A DNA stretch of 64,000 bases, taken from contig OX597837.1 of NCBI GenBank assembly GCA_951406725.2, positions 10,912,001 through 10,976,000 of the forward strand, written 5' to 3'. The notes under the pieces were generated by a model, which saw only the letters and a list, made by a program, of their open reading frames with translations, had not been told where the DNA came from and ran no database searches. Below are positions 1 through 12,700 of the stretch, in pieces. Position 1 is the first letter of the stretch; every line of letters starts with the position of its first letter. This DNA comes from Octopus vulgaris. Lineage: Eukaryota. The position numbers and the translations under genes are program-made.

Positions 1-507
1 TTGACAAAAACTGATCAATAGAATAAAAACCAAACTGAAAAAAAGTACTGGGGTCGATTCATTCGACTAAAACCCATGAAGCCGGTGCCCCAGCATGGCC
101 GCAGTCCAATGACTGAAACAAATGATAAACTTTTTGACACGAAATTCTGATATGATAGTAATCATCATCATCATCGTTTAACGTCCGTTTTCCATGCTGG
201 CACGGGTTGGACGATTTGACAGGAGTTAGCCAGCTGGGGAGCTTGACACATCTTCTCAAGTACAGCAAATCACCACATCTCCTGGTCCCTTGTCATTTCC
301 TCAGTGAGGCCCGGCATCTGAAGATCCTTTCTTGTCCCATGTTTTCCTGGGTCTACCCCTTCCACAATTACAGTTTGGCACTTCTTTATGTCCTCCCCCA
401 TGCACATCGCATGACCAAATCTGCTCAGTCTTCTCTCTTGCACACAGCATCTGATGCCACTTGTGCCTGGTTTCCTTTTCTAGATGGAAGGCACACTTGT
501 GTAGTTA

Positions 508-1898
508 CAGTGATCCCTCGTTTATCACGGTAGATTGGTTCCGAGACCGGCCGCAATAACTGAATTTCCGTGAAGTAGGGACACCATATTTACAGTATTT
601 ATTTAACGTGTATTTGGAGTCGCAATGGCCCAGTGGTTAGGACAGCGGACTCGCAGTCATAGGATCGTGATTTTGATTCCCAGACCAGGCGTTGTGACTG
701 TTTATTGAGCGAAAACACCTAAAGCTCCACAAGTCTCCCACAGGAGTGGTAGCAAATCCTGCTGTACTCTTTCCCCACAGCTTTCTCACTCTTACTTCCT
801 GTTTCTGTTGTGCCTGTATTTCAAAGGACCAGCCTTGTCACACTCTGTGTCACGCTGAATATCCCCGAGAACTACGTTAAGGGTACACGTGTCTGTGGAG
901 TGCTCAGTCACTTGCACATTAATTTCACGAGCAAGCTGTTCCGTTGATCGGATCAACTGGAACCCTCGTCGTAAGCGACGGAGTGCCAACAGAATCTGGA
1001 CTTTTAAAACCCTCCCTGTACTGTTAACAACCCACCCATTACAGTAGTTTATTAATAACAAGAACAACAGTTAAGCAATAACACTTTAGATTCATCTTCT
1101 CAGCGATCGTCATCATTCTTCGTTTGCGTTTAGGCTTAGTACCAGCCTTGGAAGAAGCAGCACAGTTGAGCCATTGCAGGGGTCGAAAACGCAAAGTTCA
1201 AGGCAAAGAAACAAAAAAATCACACACAGCACAGCGTAAAGTAGTAGAGTAAACCACGCGGCGAGGAAGCTTGAAGCGAAATGGCCGCGAGAGAGAAACA
1301 AGTGAAGATGCTGCGGATCTGAACATCGGTCAAAGCACCGATCACAGGACATGACAAAGTAGAAAGCTGTGATTCGTCGTCTCTCTCCATTGCATCAATC
1401 ACAGCCCGTCTTAAGTTCAAATACCCCTGTATATGCTTTTTTGCTATTTTACGCTTGTTTTGTTGTTCCTAGACTAGGAAATAATATATATTAAAAAAAC
1501 AAACATTTGAGCGAGGTCGTTGCCAGTGCTGCTGGACTTGCTCCTGTGCAGGTGGCACATAAAAAGCACCGTTTGAGCATGGCCGTTGCCAGTACCACCA
1601 ATCTGGCCCTTGTGCCGGTGGCACGTAAAAGCACCCACTACACTCTCGGAGTGGTTGGCGTTATGAAGGGCATCCAGCTGTAGAAACTCTGCCAGATCAG
1701 ACTGGAGCCTGGTTTGCCAGTCCTCAATCAAATCGTCCAACCCATGCTAGCATGGAAAGCGGACGTTCAACGATGATGATGATGATTTTAATGGGTTTAA
1801 TGAAAAATTTTAGGTGCTCATATATATATATATATTTTTAAAATCCGTGAAGTCATGAATCCACGATAGTTGAACCGCGAAGTAGCGAGGGATCACTA
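508..1898. mobile_element. Tigger/pogo-like non-autonomous DNA transposon with nested insertions
   Basis: TA|CAGTGATCCCTCG ... CGAGGGATCACTA|TA termini; contains a SINE (about 620-990) and an RTE-tail repeat (about 1500-1785). Confidence 0.7.
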
Positions 1899-2560
1899 TA
1901 TGTTCTTCATTTTATCTACTTTGGAAGAATGACAGCTAATTTGAACTTGGCAGGATTTGAACTCAGAACATAAGAGCTGTAAACCACAAACGTTTTTGTA
2001 TGTCGGTAACTATCCTGCCTGTCATTATCCGCACACTGCTCAATCTTGATTTTCATTCTTTGTATCTGTCCTTCATTTTGTCCAATTTAAAAATAATTCT
2101 GCCAATCTATTGACCTTCAAATTTAGGTGTAATGCCAGCAATTTTGAGGCAAGGGCTTTGTTATATAATATAATTTGGGCTCAAAATCATGAGGTAGTGA
2201 GTTCAATACCTGGAGCAGGCTGTGTATTGTGTTCTTGAGCAAGACACTTTATTTGAGAGACTAGATCTGGCCAGTTTTGATCTAAAACAAACAAAATATT
2301 TGAGTGAGATAAGACTGGTATAAATGCTAAAGGTTGTAATACATACATATATATGTGTGTGTGTGTGTATTTGTCTATGTGTGCATGTCTTTGTGTCTGT
2401 GTTTGTTTCCCCATCACTGCTTGACAACTGGTGTTGGTGTGTTTACGACCTTGTAACTTAGCAGTTCAGTAAAAGAGACCGCTAGAATAAGTACTAGGCT
2501 TACTAAGAATAAGTTGTGGTGTTGTTTTGTGCGAGTAACAAAATTCAATTTATCTTTCAG

Positions 2561-2790
2561 ACAAACAACTTGATGAGGATGCTGATAATGATGACAATAA
2601 TAATACTACTAATAATAATGATGAGGATGACGATGATGAAGAAGACGAGGAAGATATTGTCGAGAGATTTCAGATTAAATGTGTTGATTATGATGAAGAC
2701 AGCTACAATAATTTAATTATCGACAATTCCGCTTCGAATGATGCATCGTTAATCTCCATCAATATTCAAGAAAAAGATGCTTCATCAGAT
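2561..2790 (+). CDS. SNAPC4: SNAPC4 exon (acidic, Asn/Asp-rich N-terminal region)
   Basis: tttcag acceptor, open frame [11 protein letters not shown]...KDASSD, gtgagt donor; phase 0 end joins 4681. Confidence 0.7.
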
Positions 2791-5739
2791 GTGAGTAATA
2801 TTATTGAAACAATTTATATTTTCTTTTTTTTTTTCATCTAGTTTCAGCTCACGAGCTGTGGCCATGCTGGGGCACCGCCATTTGGTGTTGCTACATAATT
2901 TTACTTCACGAATGCTTTTTAGCAATTGACATTTGGTGCATGAGAGAGTTTGATGCAGCTGCCCTCATCTGCACCTCCTGCCGCGAAAAAGAAAATATAG
3001 ACACCTGACAGGTGTCTATATTTTCTTTTTTTTCTTTGTTTTGATGTTTAGCTAAACATCAAAACACAGAAAGAATTGGGGGAAACCACAGACTTTTTTC
3101 CAGTGTTGGAATTACCATGGTTTAAAAGGTAAAATCATATTTGTTCATTCCACATCTGATTTCCTATACCAGCATGTGTTAGACAAGAGTTGTCTCAACC
3201 ATTTTTTAGTCTGTAGATCCTTTTCATTCCTATTTTGCTCAGGTGGAACCCCATAGCCGTTCTATGTTTTAAAAAATCCTTTTATACAGGGTGACCCATA
3301 TGTAGGTTCACAGTTATCACGTAGGCACTTTAGATTTCTTTTAAAACATTTTATCACATTTAAATTTCTATCTTACAATTAACTAAATTAGCATAGAATA
3401 ATGATTACATTTTTATAATTAAGATCTAAACTATTAATATATGAATGCAAAAGATATACCGTGAATCCTCAAGTATAATCTGCACCTTTTTCCCAAAATT
3501 TAAAGGTCAAAATCCCTAGTGCGTACTATATACAAGGTTAAAAATGAAAATTATTTTCTAAGCAATGTCCGAATCTCTATTTGCTGTCCGGCAATGTTTA
3601 TTCAGACGCATTTTGTGATGTCGGGCACGAAACTACCTTAAGCTAAGCCTGAAAGCAATGAAGTCATAAAAGAATCATCCATAACATGCAATAAGTAACA
3701 TTTAATAAATGTTATTACTGCTATTTCTTTATTTTCTGCAAACAAAATGCACAAAAATGCTACACGTTTGCATTATGTTATATATACAATAATAAAGGGC
3801 GTTACCGCATACATTTTTACAAACCATGGACGTTATATAGACCTCCTTGACTCAAGTTAGAGAAGGAGTGCCTATTATACACAAGGTTTGGGTTTTTCAG
3901 AGGTACAGCCCCCTAAAAATCGTTATTAAACGTTATTACTGTTATTTCTTTATTTTCTGCAAACAAAATGCACAAAAAGCTACACATTTGCATTATGTTA
4001 TATATACTAAAATAATAAAGGATGTTGCCGTATACATTTTTACAAACCAAGGACGTTATATAGACCTCCTTGACTCAAGTTAGAGAAGGGGTGCATATTA
4101 TACACAAGGTTTAGGTTTTTCAGAGGTACAGCCCCCTAAAAATCCCCTGCGTATTATACTCAAGGGTGGACTATACTCGAAGATTTACGGTAATTGAATA
4201 ACTGTACCCCTATTTCTTAAAAAAGTGGATAACAACAATGTTGAAGAATAGCATCAACTGCCTTGATTAAAAGTAAGTGTTTAGTTTGTATTGCTTGTTA
4301 CTAATTAGCGTTAAACAGGTGGAACGGAACTGAAAAGAAGCCCGTCGTATATATGTATATATATATATGTATGTGTGTGTATGTGTTTGTGTGTCTGTGT
4401 TTGTCTCCCTAGCATTGCTTGACAACCGATGCTGGTGTGTCTATGTCCCCGTTACTTAGCAGTTTGGCAAAAAGAGACCGATAGAATAAGTACTGGGCTT
4501 ACAAAAGAATAAGTCCTGGGGTCGAGTTGCTCGATTAAAGGCGGTGCTCCAGCATGGCCGCAGTCAAATGACTGAAACAAGTAAAAGAGTAAAAGAGGTG
4601 TTCTTGGGTTTGAAAAAATGTTTTTGATTATTAATTATTTATTTCAAACTTTGATTTTTGTTTTGTTTTGTTTGTTTCAGAATACTTGCACAGTGAGAGA
4701 TTTGGCGAATACATCTGAGAGCGTTATCAATGATTTTGATGCTGAACTTTCAGAACTATTGTCGACCGGCGGCGAACCTGGTGCCAAGTCTAACAAGACG
4801 TTAGTCAATGCCAAAACTTGCCTGTTCCTTAACAATATTTACCAAGCTGTCCTGCAAGAGAATCTCCTGAAACTTCAGATGGAATTGGTCCAGAACCAGG
4901 AAAAACAGGTAAAGGAGAGGACAAGGGATTTTTGGAAGCTATAGGTGTGGGTGGGATTAGAATGTTTGCTGCCATCTACGCAATTGCGTTTGGAGCAAGT
5001 GTCATTAATCATTGCTTTCAGTTGACCGATACTTTGGGATTGAAATTCGGTAAATAGAAAGCATGTGAAGCACCAACCGATTGTGGCCGATGCCAGACTC
5101 CCCTGGTACCTGTGCCCGTGGCACGTAAAGAGCACCCACTACACTCGCGGAGTGGTTGGCGTTAGGAAGGGCATCCAGCTGTAGAAACACTGCAAGATCA
5201 GACTGGAGCCTGGTGCAGCCTCTGGCTTCCCAGACCCCGGTCAAACTGTCCAACCCGTGCTAGCACGGAAAACGGACGTTAAACGATGATGATGATGATA
5301 TAATAATAACAATAATAATCATAATAATAATCATAATCACAATAATAATCATAATAATAATAACAATAATAATAATAATAATAATAGTAATAATGATCCT
5401 TTCTGCTATAGGTACAAATCTTGAAATTTGGGGTGAGGGCTAGTTGATTACATTGACCCCAGCGTTCAACTGGTACTTAATTTATTGACCTCGAAAGGAT
5501 GAAAGGCAAAGTTGACCTTGGTGGAATTTGAACTTGGAACATAGCGACGGTTGAAATGCTACTGAGCATTTTGCCTGGTGTGCTAACGATTCTACCATCT
5601 TGCCACTTTAATAATAATAATAATAATTTGGCTTGCAAGATTCTTTATTTGAGTTTGTGTGTTGAAGCATATTCCGTTGTGTCTGGGGAGAGTCAAAAAG
5701 AAGGCACAAAAAGAAAATGACTCTCCCCAGACACAACAG

Positions 5740-5774
<35 letters not shown>

Positions 5775-6665
5775 GGCACAGTTGTGTGACTAAGAAGGTT
5801 CACCTTCTAAACCTGTGGTTTCAGGTTCACTCCTACTGCACAGCACTTTGGGCAAGTATCTTCTACTGTGGTGGGTCACTTGGTAAAAATGTAAATATTT
5901 TGTTAAAATTAAACTTTCATATGTTATTTTAAAGAAAAAAAATTTTATTTTTTCGTTTAGAAAGCCATTAATGAAGAATTGCACAAAACTGCTACGAACA
6001 AAAAAATCAGAAGGAATGTCTTTTACCAGCCTTATTTCATGAGTTCACAAGGAATGGTAAGTAGGGAACTATTATCTGGGATCAGCCATTTATTCTCTAA
6101 TGCCATTGACCCTTGGGTGTGGAATGTTGGAAGCATTATAGGGACTGTATTGTCTTTGTTAAAGGGGCAAAAAAAGAGGGTAAAAGTGAAGGCTCATAAT
6201 CATGAGGTAACGAGTTCCATTCCCGGACCGGGCTGCGTGTTGTGTTCTTGAGCAAGACACTTTATTTCACATTGCTCCAGTTCACTCAGCTGTAGAAATG
6301 AGTTGTGATGTCACTGGTGCCGAGATGTATCAGCCCCTTTGTTATTTCCTTGGGTAACATCAGTGGCATGGACAGCTGCTGGTCTTCCACGAACAGCCTT
6401 GCCTGGACTTGTGCCTCGGAGGGGAACTTTCTAGATGCAATCCCATGGTCATTCATGACCAAAGAGGGTCTTTACCCTTTTATTGTCTTTGTTAGATTAT
6501 TTTTTTTTTAAATGTATTTTCATGTAAGGCATGGCTGTGTGGTTAAGAGGTTTTCTTCCCAATCACATGGGTTCAGGTTCAGTCCCACCTTGGGTAGGTG
6601 TTTTCTAGGCCTGGACCAAACAAAGACTTGTGAGCAGATTTGGTAGAAGGAAACCAAAAGAAGCC

Positions 6666-6708
<43 letters not shown>

Positions 6709-9700
6709 CTGTGTGTGTGTGTTTGTGCCAGCATGAGTTTGATGGCTTGACAGAATCTGGTATGTCAGACGACTGCACCAAGCTCCACTGTCTGCTTTGG
6801 TATGGGGTTTTTATGGCTGGGTGGGTCTTCTTGAGTACAGCAAGGTGCCAAATACCTCAGTCCTTTGTCATCCCCTTCACAAGGCTCAGTGTTTTGAGAC
6901 TCGCCTTCAGTACTCTTTGTCCCATGTCTTCTGGGGTCTCCCTCTTCCCACAAGTTCCGTCCACTTTAAGTGACTGGAACTTCTTTATGCAACTGTCTAT
7001 ATTCATACGTGAGTCTGGTTCACCAGTCCTCAGTCAAATCGTCCAACCCATGCTAGCATGGAAAGCGGACGTTAAATGATGATGATGATGATGATCACAT
7101 GACCAAACCAGTGTAGTCTTTTCTCTTGCACACTGCATCTAATTCTTCTTCTTGTACCAAACTTTTCTCTCAAAACACAAACACACCCAAACAATATCAG
7201 AAGAAATATTTTAGCACACACAGTATGTATCTGTTTCTTTATTGCTCACAAAAGGCTAAAGATAGAGGGGACAAACAAGGACAGACAAACGGATTAAGTC
7301 GATTACATCGACCTCAGTGCTTAACTGGTACTTAATTTATTGACCCCGAAAGGATGAAAGGCAAAGTTGACCTCGGCGGAATTTGAACTCAGAACGTAAC
7401 GACTGACGAAATACGGCTACGCATTTCGCCCAGCATGCGAACAATTCTGCCAGCTCGCCACCTATATGTATCTCCTCTACTGCGAGGCACCTGTCTGTCT
7501 CTGTCATACTTTAATCTCTCATCACCTGGGCACAAAGCCACCTTCCCTCGGTATTACATCCCTTTCAGTTAAGGGGTCATGTCTCGCAGAATACTTGGTG
7601 ACCTCACTAGTGCTGGTGCTATGTAAAAAGCATCCAGTACACCCTGCAAAGTGGTTGGCATTAGGAAGGGTAACTGTAGAAATCAAGCCAAAATATGCAA
7701 CCGGAATCTGGTGCAGCTCCCTCCAGCCTGCCAGTCTCTGCCAAACCATCCAAGACATCATGGCACGGAAAATCGATGTTGTTAAATGATGATGATGATG
7801 TTGATGATGCTGTCTAGTACTACTGTTTGCATTTTCCATATGCATTATGTTAACCAACATCTATCAATGTCGTAGTAAAGATTGTTTGCCAACATAACAT
7901 GGCAGTCCTGGTTTAATACGAATATTACTGTAATTTAGCCCCAGGAGACATTGTCTCCAGTTGGCTATACGACACGATCTGTGTCCTTATATTTTCAAAC
8001 AAGGGAATCTAGCACCCACACTCAGCTCAAAACAATATCTGTGTATCGTGATTTCCGGGTTATTTCCCTTCATCAGCACAGAATAATTGTTTGGCTGGAG
8101 GTGGCACTGGCCAAATTCCCATTTGAAACAGTTATTCTGTGCCGATGAAGAGAAATAACCCAGAAATCACGATACACAGATAGTTTCTCTTGTTTGAAAA
8201 TGTAAGGACACAGATCGTGTCGTATAGCCAGTTGGAGATGATGTCTCCTGGGGCTAAATTACAGCAACATTCGTCCTAAACCAGGACTGCCATGTTATGT
8301 TGGCAAACATTTTTTACTCCAAAAGTACCGTTGCTGAATATCTCACCCTGTGAGATTTAAAAATAGTAATTATCTATCAGTGTTTTTTTTATTCTAGCCT
8401 CCTCCGAACGAACACACCAAACTTCTAAAACCGTGGCACCTCAAACAGACACAAAGAGACAAATATTGTGAGTGGCATTTCTTATCCATTTTATTTATTT
8501 CTTCCAAAAAAAAAATGTTTCGCTGTTGTTTAACCCAAGGTCAGTACTGGTTGACCAGGCCTATGATCAGTTGCAATTATCTTGTTCGTTTCTTTTACAA
8601 TTCTTAAAGTCTTTAGAACTACATTAGAAGTAGTAGAAGTAGTAAAAGCAGTGGTGGTGGTTGTTTTAGTAGTAGTACTTGTGGTTATAGTAGTAGTTGT
8701 GGCAGTGGTTGTATTAACAGAACTTGCGGTGGTGGTGGTGGTGGTAGTTTCTATATTTATGTGTGTAAGCATATGCGTATGTACAGGAGGCACATGGCTC
8801 AGTGGTTAGAGTATCAGGCTCACAACCATGAGGTAGTGAGTTCGATTCCTGGATTGGGGTGTGTGTTGTGTGTTCTTGAGCAAGACACTTTATTTTCACA
8901 TTGTTCCAGTTCACTTAGCTGTAGAAATGAGTTGTGGCATTGTCATTGGTGCCAAGCTGTTTCGGCCCCTTTACCTTTCCCTTGGATAACATCGGTGGGG
9001 TGGAGAGAGGAGGCTGGTATGCATGGGCGACTGCCGGTCTTCCATGACTGCCAGCCTTACCTGGAGAACTTTCTAGATGCTGTCCCATGGTCATTCATGA
9101 CCAAAGGTGGTCTCTTACCATTTTATGTCCAGAAGGAAAGTGTTTATGGGAATTATGATTGAGATGAGTCTCTCTCTCTCTCTCTCCCTCTCTCCCACTC
9201 TCTCTCCTCACTGTCTTTTGCACTCTCCCTCCCTCTCTCTCCCATCTCTCTCCCTTTCTCTCCCCCTCCCCTCTCTCCCACGCTCTCCCCATCTATCTCC
9301 CCCCCCTCCCCCCTCCCCCCTCTCTCACTCTTTCTATTTGTATATCTGTATTTCTGTTTGTACCTGTATGCATGTGTCCCCCCACCAAAAAAAAAACATG
9401 ACTGTCACCAGGACAGGCTGGAGCAATGTCCAATCAGCTGTGCCAAACCATCAGCCTCCAAACAGCTATGCCCAATCATCCTGTTCCAATCAGATCCGAC
9501 CTGGGGCTAAACAACAACAACAACATTGACTAATATACACGAACGATCATTTCACGACAGTTCTACGAAAGGGTTTTAACAGTGTCTGTGTGTCTCCATC
9601 TTATTCCATCCAGGGAAGAAATGGGAACAGGACCTCCTCATCAACGCTGTTCAGGAAAATGCCTGGGAAATAATATTGAAGCCCTTCATGAACAAGTGAG

Positions 9701-12700
9701 TTAGTTTCCATTTCTTCACAGTTGTATCTGTTGTTATTCCATTGGTCTACCATACTATATTGATATTCCATTGGTCTACCATACTATATTGTTATTCCAT
9801 TGGTCTACCATACTATATTGTTATTCCATTGGTCTACCATACTATATTGTTATTCCATTGGTCTACCATACTATATTGTTATTCAATTGGTCTACCATAC
9901 TATATTGCTTCCACATTGCTGCAATGTCGCTGTCACATTTCATCATCACCATCATCGTTTAATGTCCGCTTTCCATGCTAGCACGGGTTGGATGGTTCGA
10001 CCGGGGTCTGGGAAGCCAGGAGGCTGCAGCAGACTCCAGTCTGATCTGGCAGTGTTTCTACAGTTGGATGCCTTTCCTAACGCCAACCACTCCGTGAGTG
10101 TAGTGGGTGATTTTTACGTGCCACCGCAATAATATTTATTTCTTTATTTCCCACAAGAGGCTAAACACAGAGAGGACAAACAAGGACAGACAAAGGGATG
10201 AAGTCGATTATATCAACCCCAGTGCATAACTGGTACTTATTTAATCGACCCCGAAAGAATGAAAGGCAAAGTTAACCTCGGCGGAATTTGAACTCAGAAC
10301 GTTACGACAGACAAACTACTGATAAGCATTTCACCCAGTGTGCTAATGATTCTGCCAGCTCGCCGCTTTATTCGATAATATTGCTACCACATTGTTACAA
10401 TATTGCTGTGATGGTGATGATGATGGTGTTGGTAGTGTTGTTGTTGTTGTTGTTGTTGGTGGTGGTGGTGATGATAGAATAGTGCTGCTACATTGCTGTA
10501 ATTTTGCCATCATTTTGTTACAACGTTGTCACTATACTGTTAGGACATTGCTACAATATTGCAACAGTATTGCCAACACGTTGCCGGCACATTGTTACAA
10601 TATTGTGGTAAGAAGCTTGCTTCCCAACCACATGATTCCGGGTTCAACCCCACTGCGTGGCACCTTGGGCAAGTGTCTTCTACTATAGCCTCAGGTCGAC
10701 CAAAAGCCTTGCGAGTGGATTTGGTTGACGGAAACTGAAAGAAGCCCATCGTATGTATGTATGTATGTGTGTATGCATGCATGCATGTATATATTTGTTT
10801 GTGTGTATGTTTGTCCCCTCCATCTTCGGTTGACAACTGATGTTGGTGTGTTTATGTCCCTGTAACTTAGCGGTTCAGCAAAAAGCAACTGATAGAACAA
10901 GCACTAGACTTACAAAGAATAAGTCCTGGAGTCAGTTTTTTCAAACCCTTAAAATGACAATGTCGAGGTTATAATAATAATAATAATAATATTGATGATG
11001 ATGATGATGATGATGATGGGTCAATTTGTTTTCCAATGCAGAATAGAAATCTATACGGACAAACTGTTGACGAGTAAAGAGAGCACCACAAGTGCCAAGC
11101 TGCAGCAGAAACTGGACCAGCTGAGACAAGAGATGGTACAAGTGGAGTAAGTAGAAGGAATCCTTTTTTTCCTTCCATCCTTGCCTATCCCTCCTTCCTC
11201 CCTCCCTTCCTTCCCTCCTTCCCTCTCTCCCTTCCTTAATTCCTCCACCCTGCCCTCCGCCTCCTTTCCTTCTTCCTTCCCCCCTCCCTTCCCCCCTCTA
11301 TCTTCCTTCCTCCCCGCTCTCCCCCTCCCTTCCTCCTCTCTTCCTTCCTTCCTTCCCCCTCCTCCCCTCTCCTCCCCCTCTTCCTTCCGTCCTTCCTTCC
11401 TTCCTTTCCTCTTCCTTCTTTCCTCTTTTAAATGGTCTATTTAAACACTAAAGGTTCCCCAGTTTACTATTTTGTTGCATAGACCCCCCCACAATCTTAT
11501 ATGGCCGACCCTGGCAGTTGAGAACCACTAATCTACGCCAATCTCCAATAATGTTTTTTTGTTGTTATTTTAAGGGTTTTCTTTCCCCAATTCTTTCCTG
11601 ATTTTCTTTGCTCCAAAAAATAATGGTAAGGCCATTCTGTTCAGTTACTGTTTTCATGAAATATTTCTTGTTTTTTCCAGACAAAAAGATATCAACAGCT
11701 TCTTTGATGAAGATGATGACTTTGAAGACAAACTGGACTGGATGAAAATAGCCAATTTAACAGTGAGGCATTTTCTTTTCTTTCTGTTTATTTTCTTCTT
11801 GTTTTTATTTTTAATTCACAGAAATTCTTGTGTTTGAATATCTGGGATCTTTTCGGTTTGAACGGCAGTTTTTTCTAGCGGTGTAATATGAAATTGTCAC
11901 CCATAATTATGACCCTAGAATCGATCTATTGCATTTCAATCTATTTTAGGGTTAGTTAGGGTGGGGGGAAGGGTATCTTTCTTTCTTCAGAAATGTAAAT
12001 AAACCCAATCTGTTTCTTAAACGAGGGACATATTCATACGGCACAGAATGTTTTTTACCTCAATGGACTTCATTGATTGGTTGAAGTTGCAGAAATTGAA
12101 GAAGAAAAAACAACAAATATCTTACAAACTATAGAATTTTCTCAATAAAGCCAAGAGAAAAAGATGTTTTATAAACACATTCTACCAGTATACGAAGTTT
12201 AAAATTTTTTAGTTACCTAGAAATTATGTTAAAAACTGCCGTTCAAACCGAAAAGATCCAATATGTGTCTCGATACAAGGTTTTGTGGTAAAAGCTAAGA
12301 ATTGCATCATGGCAGAGTCACGGAAGGGACCAGTTTGGCTGAGTGGTTAAGAACCTTGCTTCTCAACCATGTGGTTTCAAGTTCAGTCCCATTCTGCAAT
12401 AACTTAGGCTAGTGTCTTCTATTATAGCTCCCGGTTGAAAGTCATGATGATGATGATGATGATGGCAGTGGTTCCCCTCCTCTTCTCCCTTCTTCTTATA
12501 GAATTCATTGAGCCAGATTTTCTGTGGCTGACTGCCCTTCCTGTAACTGACCTTCACTTGTTTCTAAGCAAGGTGTTATTTCCTCAAGGGCCCCTAACAT
12601 GCTTTTTGCATGGAAGATTGTAAAGGATCGACACTGCTTGTATGAGGGTGACACTCACTTACGACCATCACGTGATATCACACACATGCACACACACACA

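Noticed and set aside
9730-9907. Repetitive ORFs ([13 protein letters not shown]...) or a CRISPR-like array
   Set aside because: This is a plain 29-bp minisatellite.
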